Origin: Acidobacteriota bacterium
Lineage (GTDB): Bacteria > Acidobacteriota > Vicinamibacteria > Vicinamibacterales > UBA2999
Assembly (NCBI GenBank): GCA_022842985.1
Contig: JALHON010000001.1
Span: forward strand, 1 to 56,717
DNA: 56,717 nucleotides
Reading direction: 5' to 3'
Below the pieces are notes generated by a model. The model searched no databases and had not been told where the DNA came from. It saw only the letters and a program-made list of their open reading frames with translations. Shown piece after piece: positions 8,402-17,354 of the stretch; the first letter of the stretch is position 1; every line of letters begins with the position of its first letter. A program made the position numbers and the translations under genes.

Positions 8402-8875
8402 ATGACTGGTGTGTGCGGGTGGGTCAGGGCAGCGGTGTGCGCGGGCGTGACGGTGGCGGCGGGAGCCGCCTGGCTGGCGCCGGCGGCGCTCTCGGCCCAG
8501 CAGAAGGACGCCGCGACGGCGCCAGCGGCGGCTCCGGCCGAACTGCGCGGCAATGCCGCGCGCGGGCGCTACCTCGTGGAGCGCGTGGCGATGTGCGGAG
8601 AGTGCCATTCCACCCGCGACCAGGCGGGCGTCATCATCCCTGAGACGCGTCTGCACGGGGGGGCGCTGCCGGTGCAGGTGCCATGGCCGGCCGACTGGCC
8701 GCTCATCGCGCCGCGCATCGCCGGTCTGCCCGGCTACTCCGACGCCGAAGCCCTCCGCCTGCTCACCGAAGGTGCGATGAAGCGCATCGGCGGCCGGGCG
8801 CGCGCGCCGATGCCGCGCTTCCGGATGACCACGGAAGACGCCGCCGACGTCATCGCGTTCCTGCGCACGCAGTAG
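8402..8875 (+). CDS. monoheme c-type cytochrome
   Basis: ORF 8402..8875. Signal peptide ending APAALSAQQ. A single CGECH heme-binding motif, with a distal Met candidate in APMPRF. Confidence 0.75.
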   Translation: MTGVCGWVRAAVCAGVTVAAGAAWLAPAALSAQQKDAATAPAAAPAELRGNAARGRYLVERVAMCGECHSTRDQAGVIIPETRLHGGALPVQVPWPADWPLIAPRIAGLPGYSDAEALRLLTEGAMKRIGGRARAPMPRFRMTTEDAADVIAFLRTQ

Positions 8876-8955
8876 CCTCGGGCGCCGCCACGGCCCCCGG
8901 GACGGGCGCCACGCCCCCGGCGGAGCCGGTTTCGCGGTGGTACACTCGGCCCGTC

Positions 8956-9534
8956 ATGGGCAAGGGCCGGCTCGAAGCGTTCAGCGACGGCGTGATCGCG
9001 ATTCTCATCACGATCATGGTGCTCGAGCTGAAAGTGCCGCACGAGGTCACGCTGGAGGCGCTCGGGCCCCTCTGGGGCGTGTTCCTGAGCTACGGGCTGA
9101 GCTTCGTGTACCTCGGCATCTACTGGAACAACCACCACCACATGCTGCACACCGTGCGGCATGTGACGGGCGGCATCCTCTGGGCCAACCACCATCTGCT
9201 CTTCTGGTTGTCGCTCGTGCCGTTCGTCACCGGGTGGATGGGCGAGAACCACTTCGCGCCGATCCCCACCGCCATCTACGGCGTGGTGCTGCTGATGGCG
9301 GCGATGTCCTACTGGATCCTGCAGCGCGTCATCATCCGCGCCCAGGGCCCCGACTCGCTGCTGCTGAAGGCGACGCGGAACGACTGGAAGGGCAACATGT
9401 CGCCCGTCGTCTACCTCGTCGGCATCGTCGTGGCGCCGTGGGTCCCGCTGGCGGCTGGCCTGCTCTATACCGTGGTCGCGCTTGTCTGGCTCGTGCCCGA
9501 CCGCCGCATCGAACGTGTGCTCCACGAGGGTTAG
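8956..9534 (+). CDS. TMEM175/DUF1211 family membrane protein (putative K+ channel)
   Basis: In the frame of ORF 8683..9534 from ATG 8956. Signature RLEAFSDGVIAILITIMVLEL, followed by about 6 TM helices. Confidence 0.8.
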   Translation: MGKGRLEAFSDGVIAILITIMVLELKVPHEVTLEALGPLWGVFLSYGLSFVYLGIYWNNHHHMLHTVRHVTGGILWANHHLLFWLSLVPFVTGWMGENHFAPIPTAIYGVVLLMAAMSYWILQRVIIRAQGPDSLLLKATRNDWKGNMSPVVYLVGIVVAPWVPLAAGLLYTVVALVWLVPDRRIERVLHEG

Positions 9535-9536
9535 CC

Positions 9537-9791
9537 ATGTCGATTGCCCAGAACCTCCGCGACTTCCTCCACGGCGTGGCCTACGGGCGCTACGAGCGTG
9601 AGCTCAAGCAGCAGGCCGCCGAGCTGAACGACTACTTCCTGCTGCTCTGTTACATGGAAGTGGTGGGGCTGCCGAACCCCGCGGCCTTCTATCTGCTCGA
9701 GGTCTACCCGCACCTGCTCGATCAGTTCCATCTCTGGCATCGGCGCATGGGCATGGACCGCTCGCCCGTCGGCAGCCTGCCGTGCTGTTGA
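9537..9791 (+). CDS. 84-aa small protein ending in Cys-Cys-stop
   Basis: The tail of ORF 8937..9791 from ATG 9537, 2 nt after the previous stop. Sequence MSIAQNLRDFLHG...SPVGSLPCC*. Third-position GC is high. It is immediately followed by the ArsA-like gene. Confidence 0.65.
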   Translation: MSIAQNLRDFLHGVAYGRYERELKQQAAELNDYFLLLCYMEVVGLPNPAAFYLLEVYPHLLDQFHLWHRRMGMDRSPVGSLPCC

Positions 9792-9793
9792 CG

Positions 9794-10726
9794 ATGCAGG
9801 GCCTGCTCGACCGCGAGGTCCTGTTCTTCGGCGGCAAGGGCGGCGTGGGGAAGACCACGTGCGCCGCGGCCATGGCGCTCGCGGCCAGCCGCGCCGGCCG
9901 CAAGGTGCTGCTCGTGTCGACCGACCCGGCGCACTCCACCTCCGACATCTTCGAGCGGCCGATCGGCGCCGACCCCACCGAGCTGCTGCCGAATCTCTGG
10001 GGTCTCGAGATCGACGCCGCCACCGAGTCGGCCCGCTACGTGCGCGAGGTGAAGGACCGGGTACGCGATCTCTTCGGGCACTCGATTCTCAAAGAGGCCT
10101 ACAAGCAGATCGATCTGGCTGCCAGCATGCCGGGGGCCGAGGAAGTGGCGCTCTTCGATCGCATGGGCGGGCTCATCCGCGGCGAAGACACGCGCTTCAA
10201 CCTCGTCATCTTCGACACCGCGCCCACCGGCCACACGCTGCGCCTCGTGAAGATGCCCGAACTCATGGACGCGTGGATCCGCGCGCTCACCAGGTCCCGC
10301 CGCGCCATGCTCGGCGTGGAGGGCGACGACAAGGAGGATCCGATCCTCATCTCGCTCCGGGATCGCTTCGATCGCCTGCAGGGGCTGCGGGCCCGGCTCA
10401 TGAGCGGCCGCACGAGCGCCTTCGTGCTGGTGCTCATCCCCGAGCGCCTGCCCATCGAAGAGACGGCGCGTGCGCTCGCGCAGCTCGACGAGACCGGCGT
10501 GAAGGTGGGCGGGCTCGTGGTGAACCGCGTGCTGCCGCGCGAGACCACCGACGCGTTCCTGGCCGCCCGCCGCGAGCAGGAACAGATCTATCTCGACGAA
10601 ATCGCCACCCGGTTCGCCAGCCGGCCGCGTGTGTATCTGCCGCAGTTCCGCCGTGATGTCTACGGCCTGGCGAGCCTCGGCCCGGTGGCCGACGCGCTCG
10701 CCGCCGCCACAGGAGTGAGTGCATGA
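9794..10726 (+). CDS. single-domain ArsA/Get3 (TRC40) family ATPase
   Basis: ORF 9782..10726. ATG 9794 gives MQGLLDREVLFFGGKGGVGKTT (deviant Walker A). Also STDPAHS and DTAPTGHTLRL. It has only one Cys, no CxxC, and no ArsA metalloid-binding cysteines. GTG 9782 is an alternative start. Confidence 0.88.
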   Translation: MQGLLDREVLFFGGKGGVGKTTCAAAMALAASRAGRKVLLVSTDPAHSTSDIFERPIGADPTELLPNLWGLEIDAATESARYVREVKDRVRDLFGHSILKEAYKQIDLAASMPGAEEVALFDRMGGLIRGEDTRFNLVIFDTAPTGHTLRLVKMPELMDAWIRALTRSRRAMLGVEGDDKEDPILISLRDRFDRLQGLRARLMSGRTSAFVLVLIPERLPIEETARALAQLDETGVKVGGLVVNRVLPRETTDAFLAARREQEQIYLDEIATRFASRPRVYLPQFRRDVYGLASLGPVADALAAATGVSA

Positions 10727-11241
10727 CCATCGGCCGTCCGCAGCCGGGCGATTACGCCCCGTTCTACCAGCCCTACCTCGACGCCACCGCGCCCATCGAC
10801 GACGCCCACGAGCTGCTGGCGCGCCAGAGCGACGTGCTTGCCTACATGGCGACGTGGCCGGAAGACAAGGCCGCGCACCGCTACGCCGAGGGCAAGTGGC
10901 GCGTGGTCGAGGTGGTGGGCCACATGGCCGACACCGAGCGCGTGTTCGCCTATCGCCTGCTGCGCATCGCGCGCGCCGACAGCACGCCGCTCTCGGGCTT
11001 CGACGAGAACGCCTGGCAGCTCGAAGCCGGCTTCGGGGCGCGCACGCTTGCCAGTGTCGTGGCCGAGCTGCGGGCCGTGCGGATGTCGTCGCTCGCGCTC
11101 ATCCGCTCGCTCGACGAGGCAGCCATCGAACGCGAAGGGGTCGCCAACGGCAAGCGCGTGACGGCTCGGGCGCTCGTGTGGCTCGTCGCCGGGCACTTCG
11201 CGCATCACGCCGGCATCCTGCGCGACAGGTACGGTGTGTGA
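10723..11241 (+). CDS. DinB superfamily protein
   Basis: ORF 10723..11241. ATGA overlap with the ArsA-like stop. The spaced His residues (VVGHMAD...VAGHFAHHAGIL) and four-helix-bundle-like composition are typical of DinB_2. Confidence 0.75.
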   Translation: MTIGRPQPGDYAPFYQPYLDATAPIDDAHELLARQSDVLAYMATWPEDKAAHRYAEGKWRVVEVVGHMADTERVFAYRLLRIARADSTPLSGFDENAWQLEAGFGARTLASVVAELRAVRMSSLALIRSLDEAAIEREGVANGKRVTARALVWLVAGHFAHHAGILRDRYGV

Positions 11242-12923
11242 GAACAGCGCTCGGCGGCGGCCTCGTCGGCGCCGCGCTGTTCGTGGCCGTGCTCGGCACG
11301 GCGATCGTGCGTCCGTCGAATCTCGGCTGGACGATGCGCCACGACCTCCAGACCTACGTGCTGGCGTGGACGCACTTCCGGCATGAGGCGTGGCACTGGC
11401 CGCCGGGGCGCATCGACGGCATCGGGTATCCGGTGGGCACGTCGGTCGGGAACACCGACGCGATTCCCGTCGTGGCGTTCGCGCTGAAGCCGTTCCAGGC
11501 GCTCATGCCGGAGCCCTCGCAGTTCCTCGGCGCGTGGCTGCTGCTCTGTTTCGTGCTGCAGGGCGTGTTCGGAGCGCTGCTGCTGCGACTGGCCACGCCC
11601 GACTGGCGGCTGCACCTCCTCGGCGCCGCGCTCTTCGTGCAGACGCCGGCGCTCTTCAACCGCCTGGGCCACCCGGCCCTCTGCGCCCACTGGCTGTTGC
11701 TCGCTGCGATCTGGCTCCTGGTGGACGGCATGCGGGGGGACCGCCTCTGGCATCGTGCGGCCTGGCTGGGGCTCGCCGCGCTCGTTGGTGCGGTGCAGCC
11801 GTATCTGGCCGGCATGGTGCTGTTGCTGGCGCTCGCGGCCTTCGCGAACCGCGCCTGGCGGGCCACGACGTGGACGCGCGCGGCGGCCGGCTTCGCGGCT
11901 GAGAGCGCCGCTGCCGGCATCGTGATGGGCGGCGTCTTCTGGGTGTGCGGGTACTTCCTCATCAGCGCATCGAGTCTGCAGTCCGAAGGGCTGGGGCTGT
12001 TCTCGATGAACCTGCTCGGCCCGATCATGGGCATGGGCTACACGACGCTCCTGCCAGAGATTCCGCTCGCGACGCCCGGGCAGTACGAAGGGCATGTCTA
12101 CTTCGGCATGGGCTGGCTGCTGCTCTCGGCCGTGGCTGTCGTGCTGCGCGTGCGCGCCGGGGCACCGGCGGCGCGGTTCGGCGCCGGCTGGCTGGCCGTG
12201 GCGGTCTGCACCGTCATCGCCATCAGCCCGGTCGTGACCCTCGGCGCGACCACGCTCGCGGATCTGAGCGAGTGGGCACCGGCGAGTTTCGCCACCTTCC
12301 GCTCCAGTGGCCGCTTCGGCTGGGTCACGATGTACTGCGTCTTCGCGCTCGTGGCCCTGACGCTTGCGAGCCGCCTGCCGCGCCGCGTGGCGATGGCGGC
12401 CTTCGCCGTTGCGATCGTCGTGCAGGGCGTGGACATGAGTGCGGCCTACCGCGCGCACTACGGGCGTGAACGAAATCCCGCGTGGACCGACTACGACTCC
12501 CCGGTGAAAAGCGCCGCCTGGACGGCCATCGTGCCCGCCTATCGCCACCTCGTGATGGCGCCGCCCGACATGTGCGCGGCCGTGTGGACGCCGGTGGCGG
12601 GGCCACACCTGCCGTACTCACTGCTCGCCGGGACCCATGGCGTGACGATCAACTCCGGGAACGCCGGCCGCTACGACACCGGAGCGATCCTGCGCTACTG
12701 CGCGTCGCTCGAAGCCGACGTCCGCGCGGGCCGTGTCAGCGACGACAGCGTCTACGTGCTCAGTCCGGCGATGCGCGCCGCCCTCGCCGCCGCCACGCCG
12801 GTGCCGCTCAGCTGCGGTGTGCTCGACGGCGTCGACGTGTGCGTGACGGCCGCCAGTGCGACGCGCTGGCGCGACGAGGCCAGCCAGGCGGGGTTCGCGG
12901 CGTCGACCGTCATCCCGCGGTGA
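11238..12923 (+). CDS. polytopic membrane protein, DUF6311-like (family assignment from memory)
   Basis: In the frame of ORF 10719..12923. GTG 11238 overlaps the DinB stop (GTGA). At least 10 TM helices in the N-terminal two thirds, then a soluble C-terminal domain. The N-terminal motif region is LGWTMRHDLQTYVLAWTHFRHEAWHWPPG. Confidence 0.6.
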   Translation: MRTALGGGLVGAALFVAVLGTAIVRPSNLGWTMRHDLQTYVLAWTHFRHEAWHWPPGRIDGIGYPVGTSVGNTDAIPVVAFALKPFQALMPEPSQFLGAWLLLCFVLQGVFGALLLRLATPDWRLHLLGAALFVQTPALFNRLGHPALCAHWLLLAAIWLLVDGMRGDRLWHRAAWLGLAALVGAVQPYLAGMVLLLALAAFANRAWRATTWTRAAAGFAAESAAAGIVMGGVFWVCGYFLISASSLQSEGLGLFSMNLLGPIMGMGYTTLLPEIPLATPGQYEGHVYFGMGWLLLSAVAVVLRVRAGAPAARFGAGWLAVAVCTVIAISPVVTLGATTLADLSEWAPASFATFRSSGRFGWVTMYCVFALVALTLASRLPRRVAMAAFAVAIVVQGVDMSAAYRAHYGRERNPAWTDYDSPVKSAAWTAIVPAYRHLVMAPPDMCAAVWTPVAGPHLPYSLLAGTHGVTINSGNAGRYDTGAILRYCASLEADVRAGRVSDDSVYVLSPAMRAALAAATPVPLSCGVLDGVDVCVTAASATRWRDEASQAGFAASTVIPR

Positions 12924-12950
12924 ATGCCGGGCCCGCCTGCGGGCGCGCCG

Positions 12951-14567
12951 CTAGCCGAGCGTCGCCAGTTCGAGATTCGGGTTCTGCTGCTGCATGTAGG
13001 TGAGGTGCCACGGCGACTCGAAGAGCAGCACCGGCCGCTCGTCGCGGTCCACCGCGCGCAGCACGCCCGACGACCGGTTCTCGATGTCCGAGAGCGTCTT
13101 CGCGTCGGCCTTCACCCAGCGCATCGCCACGTACGAGATCGGATCGATCTTGCACTCGACGCCGTACTCCTGCTTGAGGCGCGCTTCCACGATGTCGAGC
13201 TGCAGCGGCCCGACGACGCCGAGGATCGGCTCGCGTCGGCCGTGCACCGGGAAGACCACCTGCATCAGCCCTTCTTCCTCGAGCTGCGTCACGCCGGCTT
13301 CGAACTGCTTCGAGCGCTGATCGAGCAGGCGGGCGCGTCCGAAGTGTTCGGGCGGGAAGCGCGGCACCGGCGGGTAGCGCACAAGCGCCCCGGCGTAGAG
13401 CGTGTCGCCGATGGCGAACTTGCCGGGGTTCGGCAGGCCGATGACATCGCCGGGATAGGCGCGTTCCACCGTTTCGCGCTCGCCGCCGAAGAAACGGTAG
13501 GGCCGCGTGGCCCGCACCGTCTCGCCGTCGCGCGCGTTCACGACCGCCATGTCCTTCTCGAACACGCCTGAACAGATGCGCACGAACGCGACGCGGTCGC
13601 GGTGCTTGCGGTTCATGTTCGCCTGGATTTTGAACACGAAGCCCGAGAACCCCGGCGCGAGCGGCGAGACCAGGCCCTGCTCCGTCATCCGCGGCTGCGG
13701 TGAGGGCGCCAGCGTCTCGAGTGCGTGCAGCAGCGCTTCCATGCCGAAGTTGTCGAGGGCGCTGCCGAAATACACGGGCGTCTGGTTGCCGGCCAGGTAC
13801 TCCGCGCGGTCGAAGGCCGTGCCGGCGCCCTTGATGAGCGCGGTGTCGCCGATGAGCGTCTCGTGCGCCTCCTTGCCGAGGATGTCGACGAGGATCGGGT
13901 CGCTCGCGTCGGTCGCGCGCACGGGCGCACGGAAGCCGCCGCCGGGCACGCGCTCGTAGAGGTGCGTCTCCTGCGTGACGAGATCGAACACGCCGCGGAA
14001 GCGATCACCGGAGCCGATCGGCCAGTTCATCGGCGCCGTCTGGATGCCGAGGATGCGTTCGATTTCTTCGAGCAGCTCGAACGGATCGCGGCCCGGAAGA
14101 TCCAGCTTGTTGATGAAGGTGAGAATCGGCAGCTTGCGCAGCCGGCAGACCTCGAACAGCTTGCGCGTCTGTGTCTCGATGCCCTTGGCGGCGTCGATGA
14201 CCATGATGACGCTGTCCACCGCGAAGAGCGTGCGGTAGGTGTCTTCGCTGAAGTCCTGGTGGCCGGGCGTATCGAGCAGCGTGACGCGGCAGGTGCCGAG
14301 GTCGAAGTCGAGGGCCGCCGAGGTCACCGAGATGCCGCGTTCGCGCTCGATGTCCATCCAGTCGGAGACCACGTGGCGCTGCGTCTTCCTGCCGCGCACG
14401 GCGCCGGCCAGTTCGATGGCGCCGGCATAGAGCAGCAGCTTCTCGGTGAGCGTGGTCTTGCCGGCGTCGGGGTGCGAGATGATGGCGAACGTGCGGCGGC
14501 GGCTGACTTCGGCGACGAGTTTGGGATCGACGGCCGACGGGGCATCCAGGGGTGTTTCGAGGCTCAC
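12951..14567 (-). CDS. prfC: peptide chain release factor 3
   Basis: ORF 12951..14567. GTPase motifs AIISHPDAGKTTLTEKLL, DTPGHQDF and NKLD. Full-length similarity to RF3 is recognisable. Confidence 0.93.
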   Translation of the reverse strand: MSLETPLDAPSAVDPKLVAEVSRRRTFAIISHPDAGKTTLTEKLLLYAGAIELAGAVRGRKTQRHVVSDWMDIERERGISVTSAALDFDLGTCRVTLLDTPGHQDFSEDTYRTLFAVDSVIMVIDAAKGIETQTRKLFEVCRLRKLPILTFINKLDLPGRDPFELLEEIERILGIQTAPMNWPIGSGDRFRGVFDLVTQETHLYERVPGGGFRAPVRATDASDPILVDILGKEAHETLIGDTALIKGAGTAFDRAEYLAGNQTPVYFGSALDNFGMEALLHALETLAPSPQPRMTEQGLVSPLAPGFSGFVFKIQANMNRKHRDRVAFVRICSGVFEKDMAVVNARDGETVRATRPYRFFGGERETVERAYPGDVIGLPNPGKFAIGDTLYAGALVRYPPVPRFPPEHFGRARLLDQRSKQFEAGVTQLEEEGLMQVVFPVHGRREPILGVVGPLQLDIVEARLKQEYGVECKIDPISYVAMRWVKADAKTLSDIENRSSGVLRAVDRDERPVLLFESPWHLTYMQQQNPNLELATLG

Positions 14568-14609
14568 CCCTCAAGGGTACTGGATTCGGCCATCATGGAG
14601 GAGCCGTCC

Positions 14610-15773
14610 ATGATTTCCACGCTCGCCATCGCCGGCTACCGTTCGCTCCGCGACCTCGTGGTGCCGCTCGGCCGGCTGACCCTCATCACCGGCCCCAACG
14701 GCTCCGGGAAGTCGAGCCTCTACCGCGCGCTCCGCCTGCTGGCCGAGACGGCGCAGGGCCGGGTGGTGCCGTCGCTCGCGCAGGAAGGCGGCCTGCCGTC
14801 CACCCTCTGGGCGGGGCCCGAACGTTTCTCGAAGGGCATGCGCGACGGCGAGGCGCCCGTGCAGGGCACGGTGCGCAAAGGCCCGGTGAGCCTGCGCCTC
14901 GGCTTCGGCGGCCCCGACTTCGGCTACGCCATCGACCTCGGGCTGCCGGCGCCGCCCGTAGGCGCCTTCGGCAACGATCCCGAGATCAAGAGCGAGGTCG
15001 TGTGGGCGGGGGATACGCTGCGCCCGGCGGCCGTGCTCGTCGAACGCAAGGGCGGCGTGGTGCGCACGCGCGAGGGCGGCCGCGACTGGGTGCTGCTCAC
15101 GCATGGGCTCGCGAGCTTCGACAGCATGATGACGCACTGCGCCGATCCGCGGCAGACGCCCGAGATGCTGCTGTTGCGCGAGCAGATGCGCGGCTGGCGC
15201 TTCTACGATCAGTTCCGTACCGACCACGCGGCGCCGGCCCGCCTCGCCCAGATCGGCACGCGCACGCCGGTGCTCGGGCACGACGGCGCCGACGTGGCGG
15301 CGGCCGTGCAGACGATTCTCGAGATCGGCGATCCGTCGGCACTCGACGCGGCGATTGCTGATGCCTTCCCCGGCGCCCGCCTGCGCGTCACCGTCCACGA
15401 CGGACGCTTCGGTCTGGAGATGCAGCAGCACGGGCTGCTGCGTCCGCTGCAGGCGGCCGAGCTGTCGGATGGCACGCTGCGCTACGTGCTGTGGGTCGCG
15501 GCGCTCCTCACGCCGCGGCCGCCCGACGTGCTCGTCCTGAACGAACCGGAGACGAGTCTGCACCCCGATCTGCTGCCGCCGCTCGGCCGCCTCATCGCGC
15601 AGGCGGCGCTGCACACCCAGGTCATCGTGGTGTCGCACGCCCCGACGCTCATCGAGACGTTGCGGCACGAGCGGAGCTGCTGGACGGTCACGCTGTCGAA
15701 GGCGCTCGGCGAGACGGCCGTTGAGGAAGCGTCCGGCCTGTCGCGTCCACCCTGGAAGTGGCCGGCGCGGTAA
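14610..15773 (+). CDS. AAA_21/ABC-type (SMC-like) ATPase of unknown role
   Basis: In the frame of ORF 13725..15773. MISTLAIAGYRSLRDL...ITGPNGSGKSSLYRAL (Walker A). ABC signature-like LSDGTLRYV. Walker B VLVLNEPETSLHP. ATG 14595 is an alternative start. Confidence 0.8.
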   Translation: MISTLAIAGYRSLRDLVVPLGRLTLITGPNGSGKSSLYRALRLLAETAQGRVVPSLAQEGGLPSTLWAGPERFSKGMRDGEAPVQGTVRKGPVSLRLGFGGPDFGYAIDLGLPAPPVGAFGNDPEIKSEVVWAGDTLRPAAVLVERKGGVVRTREGGRDWVLLTHGLASFDSMMTHCADPRQTPEMLLLREQMRGWRFYDQFRTDHAAPARLAQIGTRTPVLGHDGADVAAAVQTILEIGDPSALDAAIADAFPGARLRVTVHDGRFGLEMQQHGLLRPLQAAELSDGTLRYVLWVAALLTPRPPDVLVLNEPETSLHPDLLPPLGRLIAQAALHTQVIVVSHAPTLIETLRHERSCWTVTLSKALGETAVEEASGLSRPPWKWPAR

Positions 15774-15821
15774 GGCCTCCGGAACCTCCTCGCGCACGAC
15801 GTTCCAGCCGACAACCTATGC

Positions 15822-16730
15822 GTGACGTCGTGCCCGAAGTGCGGATTCGTGCAGCAGGTCGTGGCGGCCGAGTGTGGCCGGTGCGGCATCGTATTCGCGC
15901 GGTTCATGGCGGCCCGGGCTCCGGCAGCCGACGAGGATCCGGCGGCGCACGAGCGTCCCGCGCCTGGCGGTCAGGCCGGGGCCGACGCCGTCCCGGCCGG
16001 TGAGGCCCGGCGGGAGCTCATCGCGCGAGCGGTGGCCATCCCGGCGGCGCTCGCTGGCGCTGCCGTCATCGTCCACGCCGTCCCCGGCGTGCGCATTCTC
16101 ACGATGTGGGTGCACGAAGCGGGGCACGCCATCGCCGCCTGGCTGTGCGGATTCATGGCCGTGCCGGGCCCCTGGCTCACCGTGGTGTCGCCCGAGCGGT
16201 CGCCGGCGCTGTCGGTGCTCCTCGGCGGGGCGCTCGTGGCCGGCGCGTATCAGGCGTGGCGGCACGGCCGCTGGTTCTGGGTCGCCAGCGCGATTGTCAC
16301 CTTCGCCCTCCAGCTCGTGTGCACGCTGCGCCTCTACGAGGACCAGGCGCAGGCCGTGGTCACCTTCGGGGGCGATGCCGGCTCCTTCGTGCTGGGGGCC
16401 GTGCTGATGGCCAGCATGTACGCGCGCAAGGACCATCCGGTGCGCGCCAACCACCTGCGTTGGGTGCTCGTCGTCCTCGGCGCGCTGGCGTTCATGGATG
16501 CGCGTCACACGTGGTGGGGAGGCGTCGACAGCATTCCGTTCGGAGAGGACGATCGCGGCCTCAGTGACGCGAGCAAGCTGGCCGAGTACCACAACTGGAC
16601 GTTGGACCTCTTGATCGAGCGCCATCGCACGGTCGCGACGCTGTGCGCGGGTGTGCTTGGTGTCGCCTACGTGGTGGGCCTCTTCACCGCCAGTGACGCG
16701 TCCGGGTCGGACGAGGCGTCGGGGGTCTAG
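15822..16730 (+). CDS. membrane protein with N-terminal zinc ribbon and intramembrane HExxH motif
   Basis: ORF 15822..16730 (GTG start). CPKCG...CGRCG ribbon, then about 6 TM helices with WVHEAGHAIAAWLCG in the first helices. No family name recognised with certainty. Confidence 0.6.
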   Translation: MTSCPKCGFVQQVVAAECGRCGIVFARFMAARAPAADEDPAAHERPAPGGQAGADAVPAGEARRELIARAVAIPAALAGAAVIVHAVPGVRILTMWVHEAGHAIAAWLCGFMAVPGPWLTVVSPERSPALSVLLGGALVAGAYQAWRHGRWFWVASAIVTFALQLVCTLRLYEDQAQAVVTFGGDAGSFVLGAVLMASMYARKDHPVRANHLRWVLVVLGALAFMDARHTWWGGVDSIPFGEDDRGLSDASKLAEYHNWTLDLLIERHRTVATLCAGVLGVAYVVGLFTASDASGSDEASGV

Positions 16731-17338
16731 TGGCGCCCGAGGTCGCGGCTCCGGCCGCGATCAGCCGCCCCGGCTTCCACGAGGAGCCAGGTGAAGATGG
16801 CGGCTTCGCCCACACGCTGCATGGCGCCGCGTACGTCCGCGAGTTCAGGCGCGCCCATGCCGATGAGGCTCGCGAGGGCCACGATACCGGCGGCGATGGC
16901 GAGCCAGGCGGGTCCGCCGCCTTCACGCGTCCGTCCGCCTGCCGCAAGCAGCAGACCCACGGCCCCCGCGAGGTAGGCAAGCCCGCCCGCCGCGTTGTGC
17001 AGCATCTGTGAGGCCGAACCTTCGGCCGGGCAGCCGGCATCGCAGGGGACGAAGGCCGCCATCACGTACGACCAGCCCACGGCCGACAGGAGCCCGAGGG
17101 CGGCTGCGCGGCGTCCACCGGGTCCGAGACGCGCCATCGAGAGACAGGCGACCACCAGCAGCCCGCCGGCCACGACGAACGACAGGTTCACGGCCGCGGC
17201 ATCCGGCGCGCCGGCCGCGCCGAGTTCGCTGATGAAGTCGCGCGATGCCCGATAGTCGGGCCAGCGGAGGCCAAAGACGATCGGCGGCAGCCAGGCCGCC
17301 AGCGTCGCGGCGACAGCCAGGAGGAAAGGTCGAGGCAC
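16727..17338 (-). CDS. DUF998 family membrane protein
   Basis: The C-terminal 203 codons of ORF 16727..17737 from GTG 17338. Motif SRDFISELGAAGAP and about 6 TM helices. The start is uncertain. Confidence 0.6.
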   Translation of the reverse strand: MPRPFLLAVAATLAAWLPPIVFGLRWPDYRASRDFISELGAAGAPDAAAVNLSFVVAGGLLVVACLSMARLGPGGRRAAALGLLSAVGWSYVMAAFVPCDAGCPAEGSASQMLHNAAGGLAYLAGAVGLLLAAGGRTREGGGPAWLAIAAGIVALASLIGMGAPELADVRGAMQRVGEAAIFTWLLVEAGAADRGRSRDLGRH

Positions 17339-17354
17339 ACCCCTGAGACGAACG

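Noticed and set aside
9794-10726. Arsenite-pump ATPase (arsenic resistance) annotation for the ArsA-like gene
   Set aside because: It is a single-domain protein with one Cys and none of the metalloid-binding cysteines. No arsB, arsC, arsD or arsR genes are in the neighbourhood.
13725-14594. Upstream extension of the AAA ATPase ORF 13725..15773
   Set aside because: It is antisense to prfC and Arg/Glu/Ala-rich. The typical N-terminus of this ATPase family (MI..L.I.GYRSL) begins at 14610.
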